NCBI GenBank assembly: GCA_037139835.1
Contig: JBAXFQ010000001.1
Location: 12,780 to 76,779 of the forward strand
Direction of reading: 5' to 3'
Origin: Candidatus Nomurabacteria bacterium
Lineage (GTDB): Bacteria > Patescibacteriota > Minisyncoccia > Phycocordibacterales > UBA9973
Length of the DNA: 64,000 nt
The notes under the pieces were generated by a model. That model made no database searches and was not told the origin of the DNA. It worked only from the letters and a program-made list of their open reading frames with translations. The first letter of the stretch is position 1, and each line of letters begins with the position of its first letter. Below, in pieces: positions 20,770-32,941 of the stretch. The translations under genes and the position numbers were made by a program.

Positions 20770-22326
20770 ATGGAATTAAATAAAAAAAGATTTTTATGCG
20801 CGAAGGCTTTATTTATCGCCCTGTTTTTTTTTATTTGGTTATTATTTTTGCGTTTTAATTCAATAAATTCTCCTTTTATGAGAGACGAGGGTGAGTATGA
20901 TTATGCAGCACAGCTATTGCACGACGGGGGAGTTCCATACAAGGAATCATTTATGCAGAAGCCACCAATGATTATTTATACTTATTCTCTGGCTCAGACT
21001 TTTGGTGATAGTGTTTCTTTTCCTCGAATATTAGCTTTGATTTCACTTTTTCTAGCAGGTCTAATTTTGGCTGATATTTTAAGAAAAGAATATAATCCAA
21101 AGACGGCTGTAGTCTTTTTATTTCTTTTTTCGTCCCTGATATCTTTTTATCCCTTAGAGGGATTTTTTGCTCAACCCGAAATATTCTTATTGTTACCCTT
21201 AGCTATTTCACTATGGTGCTATTTCAAATGGAAATATACCAAAAGAGAACCCTGGCTTTATTTTATTGGATTTTTTGGCTTAATTTCAATACTCTATAAA
21301 CCAATAATACTATTAGCTGTATTTTTCATATTCTTATATATACTTTTATTTGAAATATTAAAAAATAAAGCCACTTTTTTAAAAATTATTAAGTATAGTT
21401 CGTTAATTTTCTTGGGAGGGTTATCTGCTACTCTTATAGTTATATTACCCATCTTTTTGAAAGGCGGACTGACCTACATGTGGGATTCAGCTTTTTATTA
21501 TAATTATTATTATGCATCATTTGTCGGCCTAAATTTTAGTAGAATATTTTCATTATTTATTTATTTATGGCCATACCTCTTATTAGTTTTATATTTTTAT
21601 ATTAAAGATAAAAAAAATAATATATTTTTTTTAGGTATATTATTTGGTAGTTTCTTTGGATCTTTTGGAAGTTTGCAGTTGCACTATTATCTTGTAACGA
21701 TACCAGTATTAGCCATGATTAGTTCTATCTCTATCGTCAACCTAGAGGAAAATTATAGCTCTTTTGTAAATAAAAATAGAAGAATTTTAATTACATTATT
21801 AATTTGTTTTTTTCTATTTTTTTTATTATTTTTTCAATTTAGAGATTATCTTTTTATAAAATCGAGAAATTTTACAGATTATTTTTTCCCAGAATGTTCA
21901 TTTGGTCAATCTGTGTTACTAGGTCAAGAACTAAAAAAGATTACAAAAGAAAACGATGGGATTTTTATTTTTGGCAATGAACCTGAGATATTATATTATG
22001 CCCATAGGAAAAGTGTCACTAGATTTATGATAACTTATCCAATTATACTTAAAACTAAGTTATCAAAAAGGTATGCATTGGAAGCATTGTCTGATCTCAA
22101 ACTAAATCCCCCTAAAGCTATTATTACTAATAGTAAACTAGATTTAAATATAACGGATACCCAAGGAGGCGACATTTATAGAAATACAATTATTAGTACG
22201 ATAAAGAATGAATATTATTTCGCAGGCCAAGTATATTCTGCCAAAGAAAGTAATAATTATGAATTTGGTTTTCCAATTAAGGATAATAATCACAATATGA
22301 ACTTATCAATTTATATTAAAAAATAG
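20770..22326 (+). CDS. GT-C fold membrane glycosyltransferase (ArnT/PMT-like)
   Basis: RDEGEY loop after TM1, QKPP, many TMs, soluble C-terminal domain. Confidence 0.8.
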   Translation: MELNKKRFLCAKALFIALFFFIWLLFLRFNSINSPFMRDEGEYDYAAQLLHDGGVPYKESFMQKPPMIIYTYSLAQTFGDSVSFPRILALISLFLAGLILADILRKEYNPKTAVVFLFLFSSLISFYPLEGFFAQPEIFLLLPLAISLWCYFKWKYTKREPWLYFIGFFGLISILYKPIILLAVFFIFLYILLFEILKNKATFLKIIKYSSLIFLGGLSATLIVILPIFLKGGLTYMWDSAFYYNYYYASFVGLNFSRIFSLFIYLWPYLLLVLYFYIKDKKNNIFFLGILFGSFFGSFGSLQLHYYLVTIPVLAMISSISIVNLEENYSSFVNKNRRILITLLICFFLFFLLFFQFRDYLFIKSRNFTDYFFPECSFGQSVLLGQELKKITKENDGIFIFGNEPEILYYAHRKSVTRFMITYPIILKTKLSKRYALEALSDLKLNPPKAIITNSKLDLNITDTQGGDIYRNTIISTIKNEYYFAGQVYSAKESNNYEFGFPIKDNNHNMNLSIYIKK

Positions 22327-22327
22327 A

Positions 22328-22717
22328 ATGTTAAATATATTCAAGGAAAATAAAATAGTCAGATATATCTTCTCAGGCGGAGTTGCTGTCTTTGCAAATC
22401 TTACTATTCTTTTTGTTTTAACAAAATATTTACATATGTTTTATTTAATATCGGCAATTATAGCATTTTGTTTTGGAGTATTGGTTAGTTATTCTCTGCA
22501 TAAATTTTGGACATTTAAAAATTATCTTATAGGGAATATGTCATCTCAATTTTATATTTTCTTTATTTATTCAATTTTAATTTTATGTTTAAATACAATA
22601 CTGATGTATCTTTCTGTTGATATTTTCGGTCTTTGGTATATTTTTTCTCAAGTAATCATTACCATCATTACTTCATTTATAAATTATTTATATTTTAGTA
22701 GAACTATTTTTATCTAA
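22328..22717 (+). CDS. GtrA-family flippase-like protein
   Basis: IVRYIFSGG, HKFWTF, four TMs. Confidence 0.85.
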   Translation: MLNIFKENKIVRYIFSGGVAVFANLTILFVLTKYLHMFYLISAIIAFCFGVLVSYSLHKFWTFKNYLIGNMSSQFYIFFIYSILILCLNTILMYLSVDIFGLWYIFSQVIITIITSFINYLYFSRTIFI

Positions 22718-22719
22718 TT

Positions 22720-23853
22720 ATGTCTAAAAAAACATTTTATCTTATCATTGTTATCTCTTTCGTAGTTTCATTATTTTTCCAATGGACTAGATGGAAGGAT
22801 TTATATTTTATCGACTCACATATGTGGGCTAGTCAAGCACAGTATGTCCAAACAAACGATGCAAGAGAATTCGATGCCAAGATGGCCTATGGTCATCCTG
22901 GTGGCACGGTAGTAGAGGGGGCTATTATCTTCCATGATATATTTAAGGTACCATATGAAGACTCTTTGATAATATTTATAACTATTTTTAATAGTCTAAT
23001 TATTTCAATTATCTGTCTACTTTGTTTTATTTTATACAAAAATCACTTATGGTGGATTATTACTTTATCTACTCTGGCTATGAATTCTGCTTATGATAAT
23101 GCTACCCCAACTTCAGCGATTGTAAGTCCACTTATGGTCCTTTTGACACTTTTAACTTTATATTTTTATAAGAATAAAGAAAAGATTAATATACCTTTAG
23201 TTCTATTTTTTTCTTTAGTTGTTGGATTAGCTTCGTCAACTAGACTTGATATTGGTGTTTTCTGTTCAGTATTTTTTATTGGTTTTTTGAAATATACAAA
23301 TACAATTGATTGGAAAAAATTATTCTATATAATTTTAGGTTCATTTACTACTTTTTGTATATTTGATCCATTTATGTGGTTTATGCCATTTCAGCACATA
23401 AAGGATCTAATAGCAAAAATAATTTTTCATTATAGTGAATTTTTACCTTACCATCTAACCTTCATGAGTGTTTTTATCTTATCAATGCTCACTATCATTA
23501 GTATTTCATTGGCAATATCTATAGTTTTGTTGAAAAATAAAATAAAATTATTAGTACCAGAAAATTTTATTAAAACCTTGATTGTTATGACTATAATTTT
23601 ATATATTATTTTTTTAACTTCACATTATCAGGCAGAACGATATTTTCAACCAATTATTTTTATTTGGGAAGTTTTACTACCATTATTTATATTTAATTTA
23701 ACAACTTATATTTCTCATTCTTTATCTTTTAAAATAGATAAATATATCAAATTTATAAAAGTTCTAAATTTTTCAATTTTTTTACTTCTTGTCAGTTATC
23801 ACTCATTTTTATTTTATATATGGTTTATTTTTGATAGAATAAGACTTGTATGA
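22720..23853 (+). CDS. Polytopic membrane protein, probable GT-C glycosyltransferase
   Basis: YGHPG loop motif, about 9-10 TMs, context. Confidence 0.55.
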   Translation: MSKKTFYLIIVISFVVSLFFQWTRWKDLYFIDSHMWASQAQYVQTNDAREFDAKMAYGHPGGTVVEGAIIFHDIFKVPYEDSLIIFITIFNSLIISIICLLCFILYKNHLWWIITLSTLAMNSAYDNATPTSAIVSPLMVLLTLLTLYFYKNKEKINIPLVLFFSLVVGLASSTRLDIGVFCSVFFIGFLKYTNTIDWKKLFYIILGSFTTFCIFDPFMWFMPFQHIKDLIAKIIFHYSEFLPYHLTFMSVFILSMLTIISISLAISIVLLKNKIKLLVPENFIKTLIVMTIILYIIFLTSHYQAERYFQPIIFIWEVLLPLFIFNLTTYISHSLSFKIDKYIKFIKVLNFSIFLLLVSYHSFLFYIWFIFDRIRLV

Positions 23854-24620
23854 ATAAATTAAAAGTGATAGTTGTAATGCCTGCTTATAATGCTGAAGCT
23901 ACCTTAGCTAAAACAATCGGAGATATACCATTTGATTATATTGATGAGATTATATTGGTTGATGATGCCTCGAGCGATAAAACCTCTGAGTTAGCCAAAG
24001 GCATAGCCACTAAGCATGATTTGTTGACTTTGGATTTAAATGATTACCTTATAGATGATTCTAAAATTTTATTTACAATAAAAAAACTTATTAAAAATAA
24101 AGGTTACGGAGGTAATCAAAAGGAATGTTATGATATAGCCCTCAGTCACGGGGCAGATATCGTAGTTATGCTACATCCAGACTATCAATATGATCCAAAG
24201 CTTATAAAATATTTTATTGAATATATAGAAGATGGTTATTTTGATACAGTTTTAGGTTCTAGAATTCGTAGTCGAAAAGAGACCTTAGCAGGGGGTATGC
24301 CTTTATATAAATACTATTCAAATAGGTTTCTTTCTCTTATTCAAAATATATCGAGCGGTCACAATCTTTCAGAATGGCATACTGGGATGAGAGCTTACAA
24401 AAAAGAAGTATTAGAGAATATAAAATATGATAAATTCTCAGATGATTTTATATTTGATACTCAAATGTTATTTTCTATAATTAAAAAGGGTTATATGGTG
24501 GGGGATATACCAGTCCCAGTTCGGTATTTCAAGGAGGCTTCTTCTATTAATTTCAAAAGAAGCTTTAAGTATGGAGTTTATACTCTTTGGGAAACTATTA
24601 AATTTATACTAAATAAGTAA
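23850..24620 (+). CDS. GT2 polyprenol-phosphate glycosyltransferase (DPM1/GtrB-like)
   Basis: VVMPAYNAE, VDDASSD, NKGYGGNQK, HPDYQYDP, GSR. Confidence 0.9.
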   Translation: MNKLKVIVVMPAYNAEATLAKTIGDIPFDYIDEIILVDDASSDKTSELAKGIATKHDLLTLDLNDYLIDDSKILFTIKKLIKNKGYGGNQKECYDIALSHGADIVVMLHPDYQYDPKLIKYFIEYIEDGYFDTVLGSRIRSRKETLAGGMPLYKYYSNRFLSLIQNISSGHNLSEWHTGMRAYKKEVLENIKYDKFSDDFIFDTQMLFSIIKKGYMVGDIPVPVRYFKEASSINFKRSFKYGVYTLWETIKFILNK

Positions 24621-24715
24621 TAGAATTTTGTCTATATTAGTCTTTTGTTTGAATAAATAAAATAAGTTTTTTGCCTATACCAAAATTTACAACAGGATGG
24701 TATAATCAATGGTAT

Positions 24716-25528
24716 ATGAACATACTTATCTTCGTTTTTATTTTTTTACTCGGAACCATTATTGGTAGTTTTTTGAATGTTGTTATTTATAGATTTAATA
24801 CTGGTAAATCAATAGTAAGAGGTAGGTCTATCTGCATGACTTGCAATAGAACTCTCCGTTGGTACGAGCTCATCCCTGTCTTCTCTTATTTATTTCAGCT
24901 TGGTAAATGTCGTCGTTGTGCCGAGAAGATATCTCATCAATATCCGATAGTAGAGTTATTGACTGGTCTTTTATTTGTTTTAATTTCATATCATTTTTTA
25001 TCCATATTAATGTTTTCGCCTTTTTCTTATGTTTTTCTTGTTACTTTTTATGTTTTCATCTTCTCACTTCTTATTGTTATTTCTGTCTATGATCTACGTC
25101 ATAAAATAATACCAGATATTTTAGTATATTTATTTTCTTTTATTTCTTTTTTATCTATTTTTATAAGCCATTCTATTTTTGGTAGTTTATTTATTAAGCC
25201 AGACTTTTCTTCTCTTATAGCAGGACCGTTACTAGCTTTGCCTTTTGCTTTGATTTGGTTCGTTTCTAAGGGTAAGTGGATGGGATTAGGGGATGCCAAG
25301 CTCATGCTCGGTATCGGATGGATACTAGGTATATATCAAGGTTTAGCTGCGATAATTTTAGCTTTTTGGATAGGATCTATCATTAGTCTTACTTTTATGT
25401 ATATTTCAAAGAAGAAAATAAATATGAAGACAGAAATTCCTTTTGCTCCTTTCCTCATATTAAGTTTATTGATTGTATTTTTATTTAATATAAATGTTTT
25501 TTCATTGTCTGCATTGTTTCGATTTTAA
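24716..25528 (+). CDS. pilD: Prepilin peptidase PilD
   Basis: GSFLNVVIYR, two CxxC, MGLGDAKL, IPFAPFL; ATG 24716 preferred. Confidence 0.95.
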   Translation: MNILIFVFIFLLGTIIGSFLNVVIYRFNTGKSIVRGRSICMTCNRTLRWYELIPVFSYLFQLGKCRRCAEKISHQYPIVELLTGLLFVLISYHFLSILMFSPFSYVFLVTFYVFIFSLLIVISVYDLRHKIIPDILVYLFSFISFLSIFISHSIFGSLFIKPDFSSLIAGPLLALPFALIWFVSKGKWMGLGDAKLMLGIGWILGIYQGLAAIILAFWIGSIISLTFMYISKKKINMKTEIPFAPFLILSLLIVFLFNINVFSLSALFRF

Positions 25529-25543
25529 TTTTATTTACTTTTA

Positions 25544-26248
25544 ATGTATAAAAAAAATTACATAAAAATAATAAAAAATATTTCAAATATCAAGGGTTTG
25601 ACTTTGGTGGAGTTGATTGTAGTTATATCGATTTTTATGATTATTACATCGGTGGCGATTTTTAATTATGGTAATTTTAATTCAACAGTCTCACTTCAGA
25701 ATCTTACTGATGATATAGCATTATCTATACGTAAGGCTCAGGGCTTTGCTATTGGAGCTCGTGGAGTGGAGGAGGGTGTGGGACCTGATAAAGTATTTAA
25801 CTTCAATAATAGTTATGGTATGCATTTTTCTGTAGATCCTAATCCTACAGGATCTTTGTCTGGGTCCAATAAATCATTTCTAATGTTTACCGTACCGATA
25901 CCTGTAGATAAATCTACTGTATATGATAAAAAATATGTATATGATGAAAGTGCGAATGCAGTCTGTAACGATGGTGTGAATAAATGTGTAGAATTATTTA
26001 ACATAAATACCATAGATGAGATAAAAGATATAAAGATAGATGGTGTATCAAAAGCTTCAGGGTCTATAGATATTGTATTCACTCGTCCAGATCCTAGGGC
26101 TAATTTTTGCTATAGGACTAGCTTGTCTAGTTCTTGTAATTCCGATATTTCAGATGTAGAGATAGTTTTATCAAACGGTCAAACAGATGAACAATTTAGA
26201 ACCAAGACTATAACTATACAAAATACAGGACAAATAAGTATTCAATAA
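25544..26248 (+). CDS. Minor pilin (FimT/GspH-like)
   Basis: G/LTLVELIVVISI prepilin motif. Confidence 0.85.
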   Translation: MYKKNYIKIIKNISNIKGLTLVELIVVISIFMIITSVAIFNYGNFNSTVSLQNLTDDIALSIRKAQGFAIGARGVEEGVGPDKVFNFNNSYGMHFSVDPNPTGSLSGSNKSFLMFTVPIPVDKSTVYDKKYVYDESANAVCNDGVNKCVELFNINTIDEIKDIKIDGVSKASGSIDIVFTRPDPRANFCYRTSLSSSCNSDISDVEIVLSNGQTDEQFRTKTITIQNTGQISIQ

Positions 26249-26252
26249 TATT

Positions 26253-26912
26253 ATGATTAAAATTATTAGAAAAAATAAAAACGAAAGGTTTATTCAAACA
26301 TCAAATTTTAAAAATGGAACAAATTTGATATCGGGCTTTACTTTGATAGAACTGATGATAGCTACCACTCTATTTACTATTATCATGATGATGGGAGTAG
26401 GTTCATTGGTGGTCTCTTCTAACTCTGCTAAATCTGCTCAGAAGCTTAGAATTTCCGTCGATAATGTAAACTTTGCTATGGAAATTATGACACGCGAGCT
26501 TCGCATGGGGACTCATTATTATTGCGTAACTACTAATCAATATCTGATGGGGGAGACAACAAGAGAAGGTGACTGTGAAGAAGGTGGTAATGTAGTCGAG
26601 TTTGATTCTCCTGTTGATCAGTTGGGTTCGACTCACAGGATTGCGTATTATAAAGAGGAGAGATCTACTCCTGATGGTATAGGTACTTATACATTAAAAA
26701 GATGCGAAGGTGTAAATAAATGTGTAGATATAGTATCTAGAGATGTTAATATTGATATCTTAAAATTTTATGTAAGAGGTTCGAAATTTGACGATAATAT
26801 CCAGCCAAGTGTTCGAATATTGATAAGAGGTAAGGTTACAATTAAAGGAATAGAAAAGACATTTTCTTTGCAGACGATGGCTTCACAACGCTCAACAGAA
26901 ACAACATTATAA
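26253..26912 (+). CDS. Minor pilin (PilW/GspJ-like)
   Basis: G/FTLIELMIA; AMEIMTRELRMG. Confidence 0.85.
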   Translation: MIKIIRKNKNERFIQTSNFKNGTNLISGFTLIELMIATTLFTIIMMMGVGSLVVSSNSAKSAQKLRISVDNVNFAMEIMTRELRMGTHYYCVTTNQYLMGETTREGDCEEGGNVVEFDSPVDQLGSTHRIAYYKEERSTPDGIGTYTLKRCEGVNKCVDIVSRDVNIDILKFYVRGSKFDDNIQPSVRILIRGKVTIKGIEKTFSLQTMASQRSTETTL

Positions 26913-26913
26913 T

Positions 26914-27519
26914 ATGAATTATTTTAATAGAAAAAATAAAAATAGCGGTTTTACAATCATCGAAGCGATGGTGGCTATATTTATTTTGTCCGTATCTGTA
27001 GCTACGATGCTCGGTATTACAGCTTCGAGTGCAGCTTCAGCTCGCTATGCGAACAATGAAATTACTGCAAATTATCTTTTACAAGAAGCAGTAGACTCTA
27101 TAAGGAATAGCCGAGATACTATGGTATTTCAGCATAAATTATCATGGACAGATTTTCTAAATAGATATGGTTATGCAGGTAATACTAAATGTTTTCCATA
27201 TGAAGGTAACGGTTGTTTTTTATTAATAGAGAATTTCGATCCAGCAAATGTTACAGGTGATGATGTAGAGAATTGCGATGCAGGTATTTGCCCGAATTTT
27301 TTTTACGATAATGAACCAAATAACAACAAGACATTTTATAATTATACTAGTTCGACAGGATACATAGGTGAATTCAGAAGAACTATAAATATGGATGTGG
27401 ATAGTAATGCCCCGGATCAGTTGAAAGTCACTGTAAATGTTGAATGGTATAACGGAAGTGAGACAAATAAAAGATCTCAATCTTTAACATTTTATTTATT
27501 GAATTGGCAGAAAAGTTAA
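26914..27519 (+). CDS. Minor pilin (PilV/GspI-like)
   Basis: G/FTIIEAMVAIFIL; A.YLLQEAVD.IRN.RD. Confidence 0.85.
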   Translation: MNYFNRKNKNSGFTIIEAMVAIFILSVSVATMLGITASSAASARYANNEITANYLLQEAVDSIRNSRDTMVFQHKLSWTDFLNRYGYAGNTKCFPYEGNGCFLLIENFDPANVTGDDVENCDAGICPNFFYDNEPNNNKTFYNYTSSTGYIGEFRRTINMDVDSNAPDQLKVTVNVEWYNGSETNKRSQSLTFYLLNWQKS

Positions 27520-27522
27520 TTT

Positions 27523-27999
27523 ATGAAAAATATTAAAGCCAAAAAAGAAAATAAAGGATATGCTATATTATTTACTGTCGTAGTGGTTGGTATTATTTCA
27601 GCTATTACTTTCGGACTTACAAATGCAGCCTATAAGCAAATGATGCTATCGTCAGTGGCTAGAGATTCCACTTCAGCTTTTTATCAAGCCGATATCGCTA
27701 CAGAGTGTGCTATGTATGCCGATAATTTGGATTTTTTAACAAGTACTAATAATTTAACTACTTTTACATGTGGTGGTACCACTATGAAATATTCTTATAC
27801 TGCAGGTACTACAAATAATACTTCACTTTATCAGTTGTCTCCTCAAAATGAGTCTTCGACTGGAAAATGCTTTAGGGTGGATGTGACTAAGACTGATAAT
27901 GATGTTTTGATTACTACAAAAGTTGAAGCCTTGGGTTATAATATATGTAATAAAAATAATTTCAGGACAGTTGAACGTGCAATTGAAGTTAATTATTAA
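27523..27999 (+). CDS. Minor pilin (PilX/GspK-like)
   Basis: G/YAILF with no Glu5; AFYQAD.ATECA; ERAIEV. Confidence 0.8.
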   Translation: MKNIKAKKENKGYAILFTVVVVGIISAITFGLTNAAYKQMMLSSVARDSTSAFYQADIATECAMYADNLDFLTSTNNLTTFTCGGTTMKYSYTAGTTNNTSLYQLSPQNESSTGKCFRVDVTKTDNDVLITTKVEALGYNICNKNNFRTVERAIEVNY

Positions 28000-28005
28000 A
28001 AATAG

Positions 28006-30135
<2,130 letters not shown>

Positions 30136-30153
30136 ATATGTTATTCTAAAATC

Positions 30154-30447
30154 ATGACCTTAGAAGATATTAAAAAATTAGCAGACTTAGCTCGTATAGA
30201 TATGAGCGATGAAGAGATGGAGGGTATGGCCAAAGATTTTGACCCTATTTTGGCATATGTTGGGCAAATCCAAGAAGTATCAAAGTTGGGCATTGAAGAT
30301 ACTATCCACTCTCCCGAAAATTATAAATTACAAAATATAATGCGTGAGGATGTGGCTACAAATACTAGAGGCGAATATACAGACTCAATTATGAAAAATG
30401 CTCCAGATACTGAGAATGGATTTATAAAAGTTAAACAAATACTATGA
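30154..30447 (+). CDS. gatC: Asp/Glu-tRNA amidotransferase subunit C
   Basis: IKKLADLARI, MRED; precedes gatA. Confidence 0.92.
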   Translation: MTLEDIKKLADLARIDMSDEEMEGMAKDFDPILAYVGQIQEVSKLGIEDTIHSPENYKLQNIMREDVATNTRGEYTDSIMKNAPDTENGFIKVKQIL

Positions 30448-31859
30448 TTGATTTAAGAAACCTTACAATTAAAAAAGCTCATGACCATTTTAAAAATGGT
30501 GATTTTACAGTCACAGATTTGGTAAATGAGTATTTGAAAGTTATAAAAGAAAAGAATGGAGATATCAATGCCTATTTAGAAGTTTATAATGATGTGCTCA
30601 ATCAAGCGAAAGAAGCAGAAGAAAAGTTTAAAAATGGTACTGCTACTTTGATGACAGGAATTCCAATCGCACTTAAAGATAATATGCTTTATAAGGGGCA
30701 TATAGCAAGTGCTTCTTCTAAGATATTAGAGAATTATGTTGCTACGTATGATTCATCTATTGTTAAACAGCTAAAAAGTCAGGGTGTAGTCTTCTTGGGT
30801 AGGACGAATATGGATGAATTTGCTATGGGTTCATCTACTGAAACGAGTGCATATGGAAATACTAAAAATCCAATAGATACAAGTAGAGTCCCTGGTGGTT
30901 CTTCGGGTGGTTCTGTCGCTGCTTTGGCTATGGATGGAGCATTGGTCTCACTAGGAAGTGATACTGGTGGTTCAATACGTCAGCCAGCTGCCTTTTGCGG
31001 TCTAGTCGGATTAAAGCCTACATATGGAGCTGTTTCTAGATACGGTATTATCTCTATGGGTAGTTCACTTGATCAAGTTGGAACTTTTGGAAAAAATGTT
31101 GAAGATGCCGAGATACTTTTCAATACAATAAATGACTATGATGAAAAAGATAGTACTTCAGTAAAAAAGGAAGAAAGACTATCTCCATCTCCATTAAAAA
31201 AGAAAATAGGCGTACCAAGATCTTTTCTTTCTGGGGACGGAATAGAAAGTGATATCCTTAAAAATTTTGAAGAGAATTGCAAAAGGTTAGAAAAAGCTGG
31301 ATATGAGATAGTAGATATATCTCTACCTCTTATTAAATATTCATTAGCTGTTTACTATATTATTTCTCCAGCAGAAGTATCTAGTAATCTAGCTCGTTAT
31401 GATGGTATTCGCTATGGTCTACATGAAGAAGCTGACAAACTTTATGAAGTATATACAAAAAGTCGCGGAAAAGGTTTTGGTAAAGAAGTTCGTCGCCGTA
31501 TCTTACTAGGTACTTATATTCTTTCTCATGGTTATTATGATGCATATTACAATACTGCTATTAAAGTAAGACATGCTATCAAAGAAGAATTAAAAAATGC
31601 CTTTAAAGAAGTAGATGCTATCATCACTCCGACTTCTCCTTTTATGCCTTTTAAATTCGGCGAAAAACTTGCGGACCCTGTAGGTATGTATCTATCAGAT
31701 TTATTTTCTGTTCCTGCCAATATTGCTGACATCCCGGCTATCTCTATACCATCAGGTAAAAATTCTGAAGGTTTACCATTTGGTCTTCATATAATGGCTC
31801 CTCTCTTCCGTGAAGATATTCTATTTACTATAGGTAAAGATTTTGAAAAATTGGTTTAA
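30444..31859 (+). CDS. gatA: Asp/Glu-tRNA amidotransferase subunit A
   Basis: Amidase signature GGSSGGS, GSDTGGSIRQPA, SSNLARYDG. Confidence 0.97.
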   Translation: MIDLRNLTIKKAHDHFKNGDFTVTDLVNEYLKVIKEKNGDINAYLEVYNDVLNQAKEAEEKFKNGTATLMTGIPIALKDNMLYKGHIASASSKILENYVATYDSSIVKQLKSQGVVFLGRTNMDEFAMGSSTETSAYGNTKNPIDTSRVPGGSSGGSVAALAMDGALVSLGSDTGGSIRQPAAFCGLVGLKPTYGAVSRYGIISMGSSLDQVGTFGKNVEDAEILFNTINDYDEKDSTSVKKEERLSPSPLKKKIGVPRSFLSGDGIESDILKNFEENCKRLEKAGYEIVDISLPLIKYSLAVYYIISPAEVSSNLARYDGIRYGLHEEADKLYEVYTKSRGKGFGKEVRRRILLGTYILSHGYYDAYYNTAIKVRHAIKEELKNAFKEVDAIITPTSPFMPFKFGEKLADPVGMYLSDLFSVPANIADIPAISIPSGKNSEGLPFGLHIMAPLFREDILFTIGKDFEKLV

Positions 31860-31908
31860 TTTTGTTAAAACTTTATTTAAGTTTTTTTACAGAGTATAAT
31901 AAAAAAGT

Positions 31909-32523
31909 ATGCAATTAACAAACGGAGTACAAGCCATAGTAGATAAACCTCTATTTGATCCAACCTATTTAAATATAGAGTATGTTTTCAATAAGATAGC
32001 AAGCTCTATCCAACCAACCATTAATCTTCTTACTAATCCGAGTACTTGGGGGACCTTGGGTACTGTATCGGCTATTGTTTCTATTATTTTTCTTTCGATA
32101 ATAATTTTTTCTTTAGTTCGAATGTATGAAATACAAGTTTTCGACAAGAAAGAAATTGAACATGAGATTAGTCATGCTTTAGCTAAGATTAAAGAGAGAG
32201 ATCGAGAATTAAACCCACGATGGAAATACATTTTAACTTTACTAGAAAGTCCCAATGAGTCTGACTGGAGAGTTGCCATAATAGAATCAGATACTTTACT
32301 TGAAGAAGCTTTTAGAGAGAGAGGTTTAGTGGGGAATACTATGTCTGAACTTTTAGAAGAAGCCAAGATGAATGGCTATGCAAGTATTCAAAGTGCTTGG
32401 GATGCACACTTGGTTCGTAATAAGATTGCTCATGAAGGTTTGAATTATCCTATAACTCAAGTAGAAGGAAGAAGAGTGATAAAATTATATCAAAATGTTT
32501 TTGAAGACTTACAGGTTATATAA
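31909..32523 (+). CDS. Hypothetical single-TM protein
   Basis: WRVAIIESD, AWDAHLVRNKIAHE (HEPN-like RxxxxH). Confidence 0.7.
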   Translation: MQLTNGVQAIVDKPLFDPTYLNIEYVFNKIASSIQPTINLLTNPSTWGTLGTVSAIVSIIFLSIIIFSLVRMYEIQVFDKKEIEHEISHALAKIKERDRELNPRWKYILTLLESPNESDWRVAIIESDTLLEEAFRERGLVGNTMSELLEEAKMNGYASIQSAWDAHLVRNKIAHEGLNYPITQVEGRRVIKLYQNVFEDLQVI

Positions 32524-32552
32524 AAAAGAGTAGCAAATGCTACTCTTTTTTT
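32522..32552. terminator. Bidirectional terminator
   Basis: AAAAAAGAGTAGCA-AA-TGCTACTCTTTTTT. Confidence 0.8.
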
Positions 32553-32553
32553 A

Positions 32554-32723
32554 TTTGCGCGGTCGACCGGAATCTTTCGCCCTACGGTCTTACCAATAAG
32601 TGATTCTGCTGAATCAGGTACTTTTCCATCTTCAATAAGGAAAAGTTTTTCAAGTCCGGTCGTTAGCAAAGCAGTTTGCTAACTCGACCTCATAAAAAGC
32701 CTCTTTCGAGGCTTTTTCTTTTG
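32554..32723 (-). repeat. tRNA-Asp-associated structured element ending in an 18-bp copy of the tRNA 3' end
   Basis: TTTGCGCGGTCGACCGGA at 32554-32571 and 32720-32737; internal inverted copy and motifs shared with 40635-40812. Confidence 0.85.
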
Positions 32724-32797
32724 CGCGGTCGACCGGACTTGAACCGGCAACCTCTCACGTGACAGGCGAGTGCTCTAACCAGTTGAGCTACGACCGC
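32724..32797 (-). tRNA. tRNA-Asp(GTC)
   Basis: GCGGTCG/CGACCGC acceptor, CTCGC-CTGTCAC-GTGAG, GGTTCAAGTCC, G73. Confidence 0.95.
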
Positions 32798-32847
32798 AAA
32801 TTTTTCTAAACTATAACTTTTATAAACCAAACAATATAACTTTGCCA

Positions 32848-32896
32848 AGGCGAGTGCTCACTATATTCTAATTGAAGTTGAGCTACGACCGCAAAT
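32848..32896 (-). pseudogene. Degenerate duplicate of the tRNA-Asp 5' half
   Basis: AGGCGAGTGCTC and AGTTGAGCTACGACCGCAAAT match the tRNA exactly; D-loop replaced by 16 unrelated nt; no 3' half. Confidence 0.75.
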
Positions 32897-32941
32897 ACCT
32901 AACTAACATAACATAAAATAGAAAATAATTCTATCCTATTG

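Noticed and set aside
32554-32737. Prophage or integrative island at tRNA-Asp or tRNA-Thr (attL/attR)
   Set aside because: The repeats enclose only 40-150 bp with no integrase; reported instead as tRNA-attached elements
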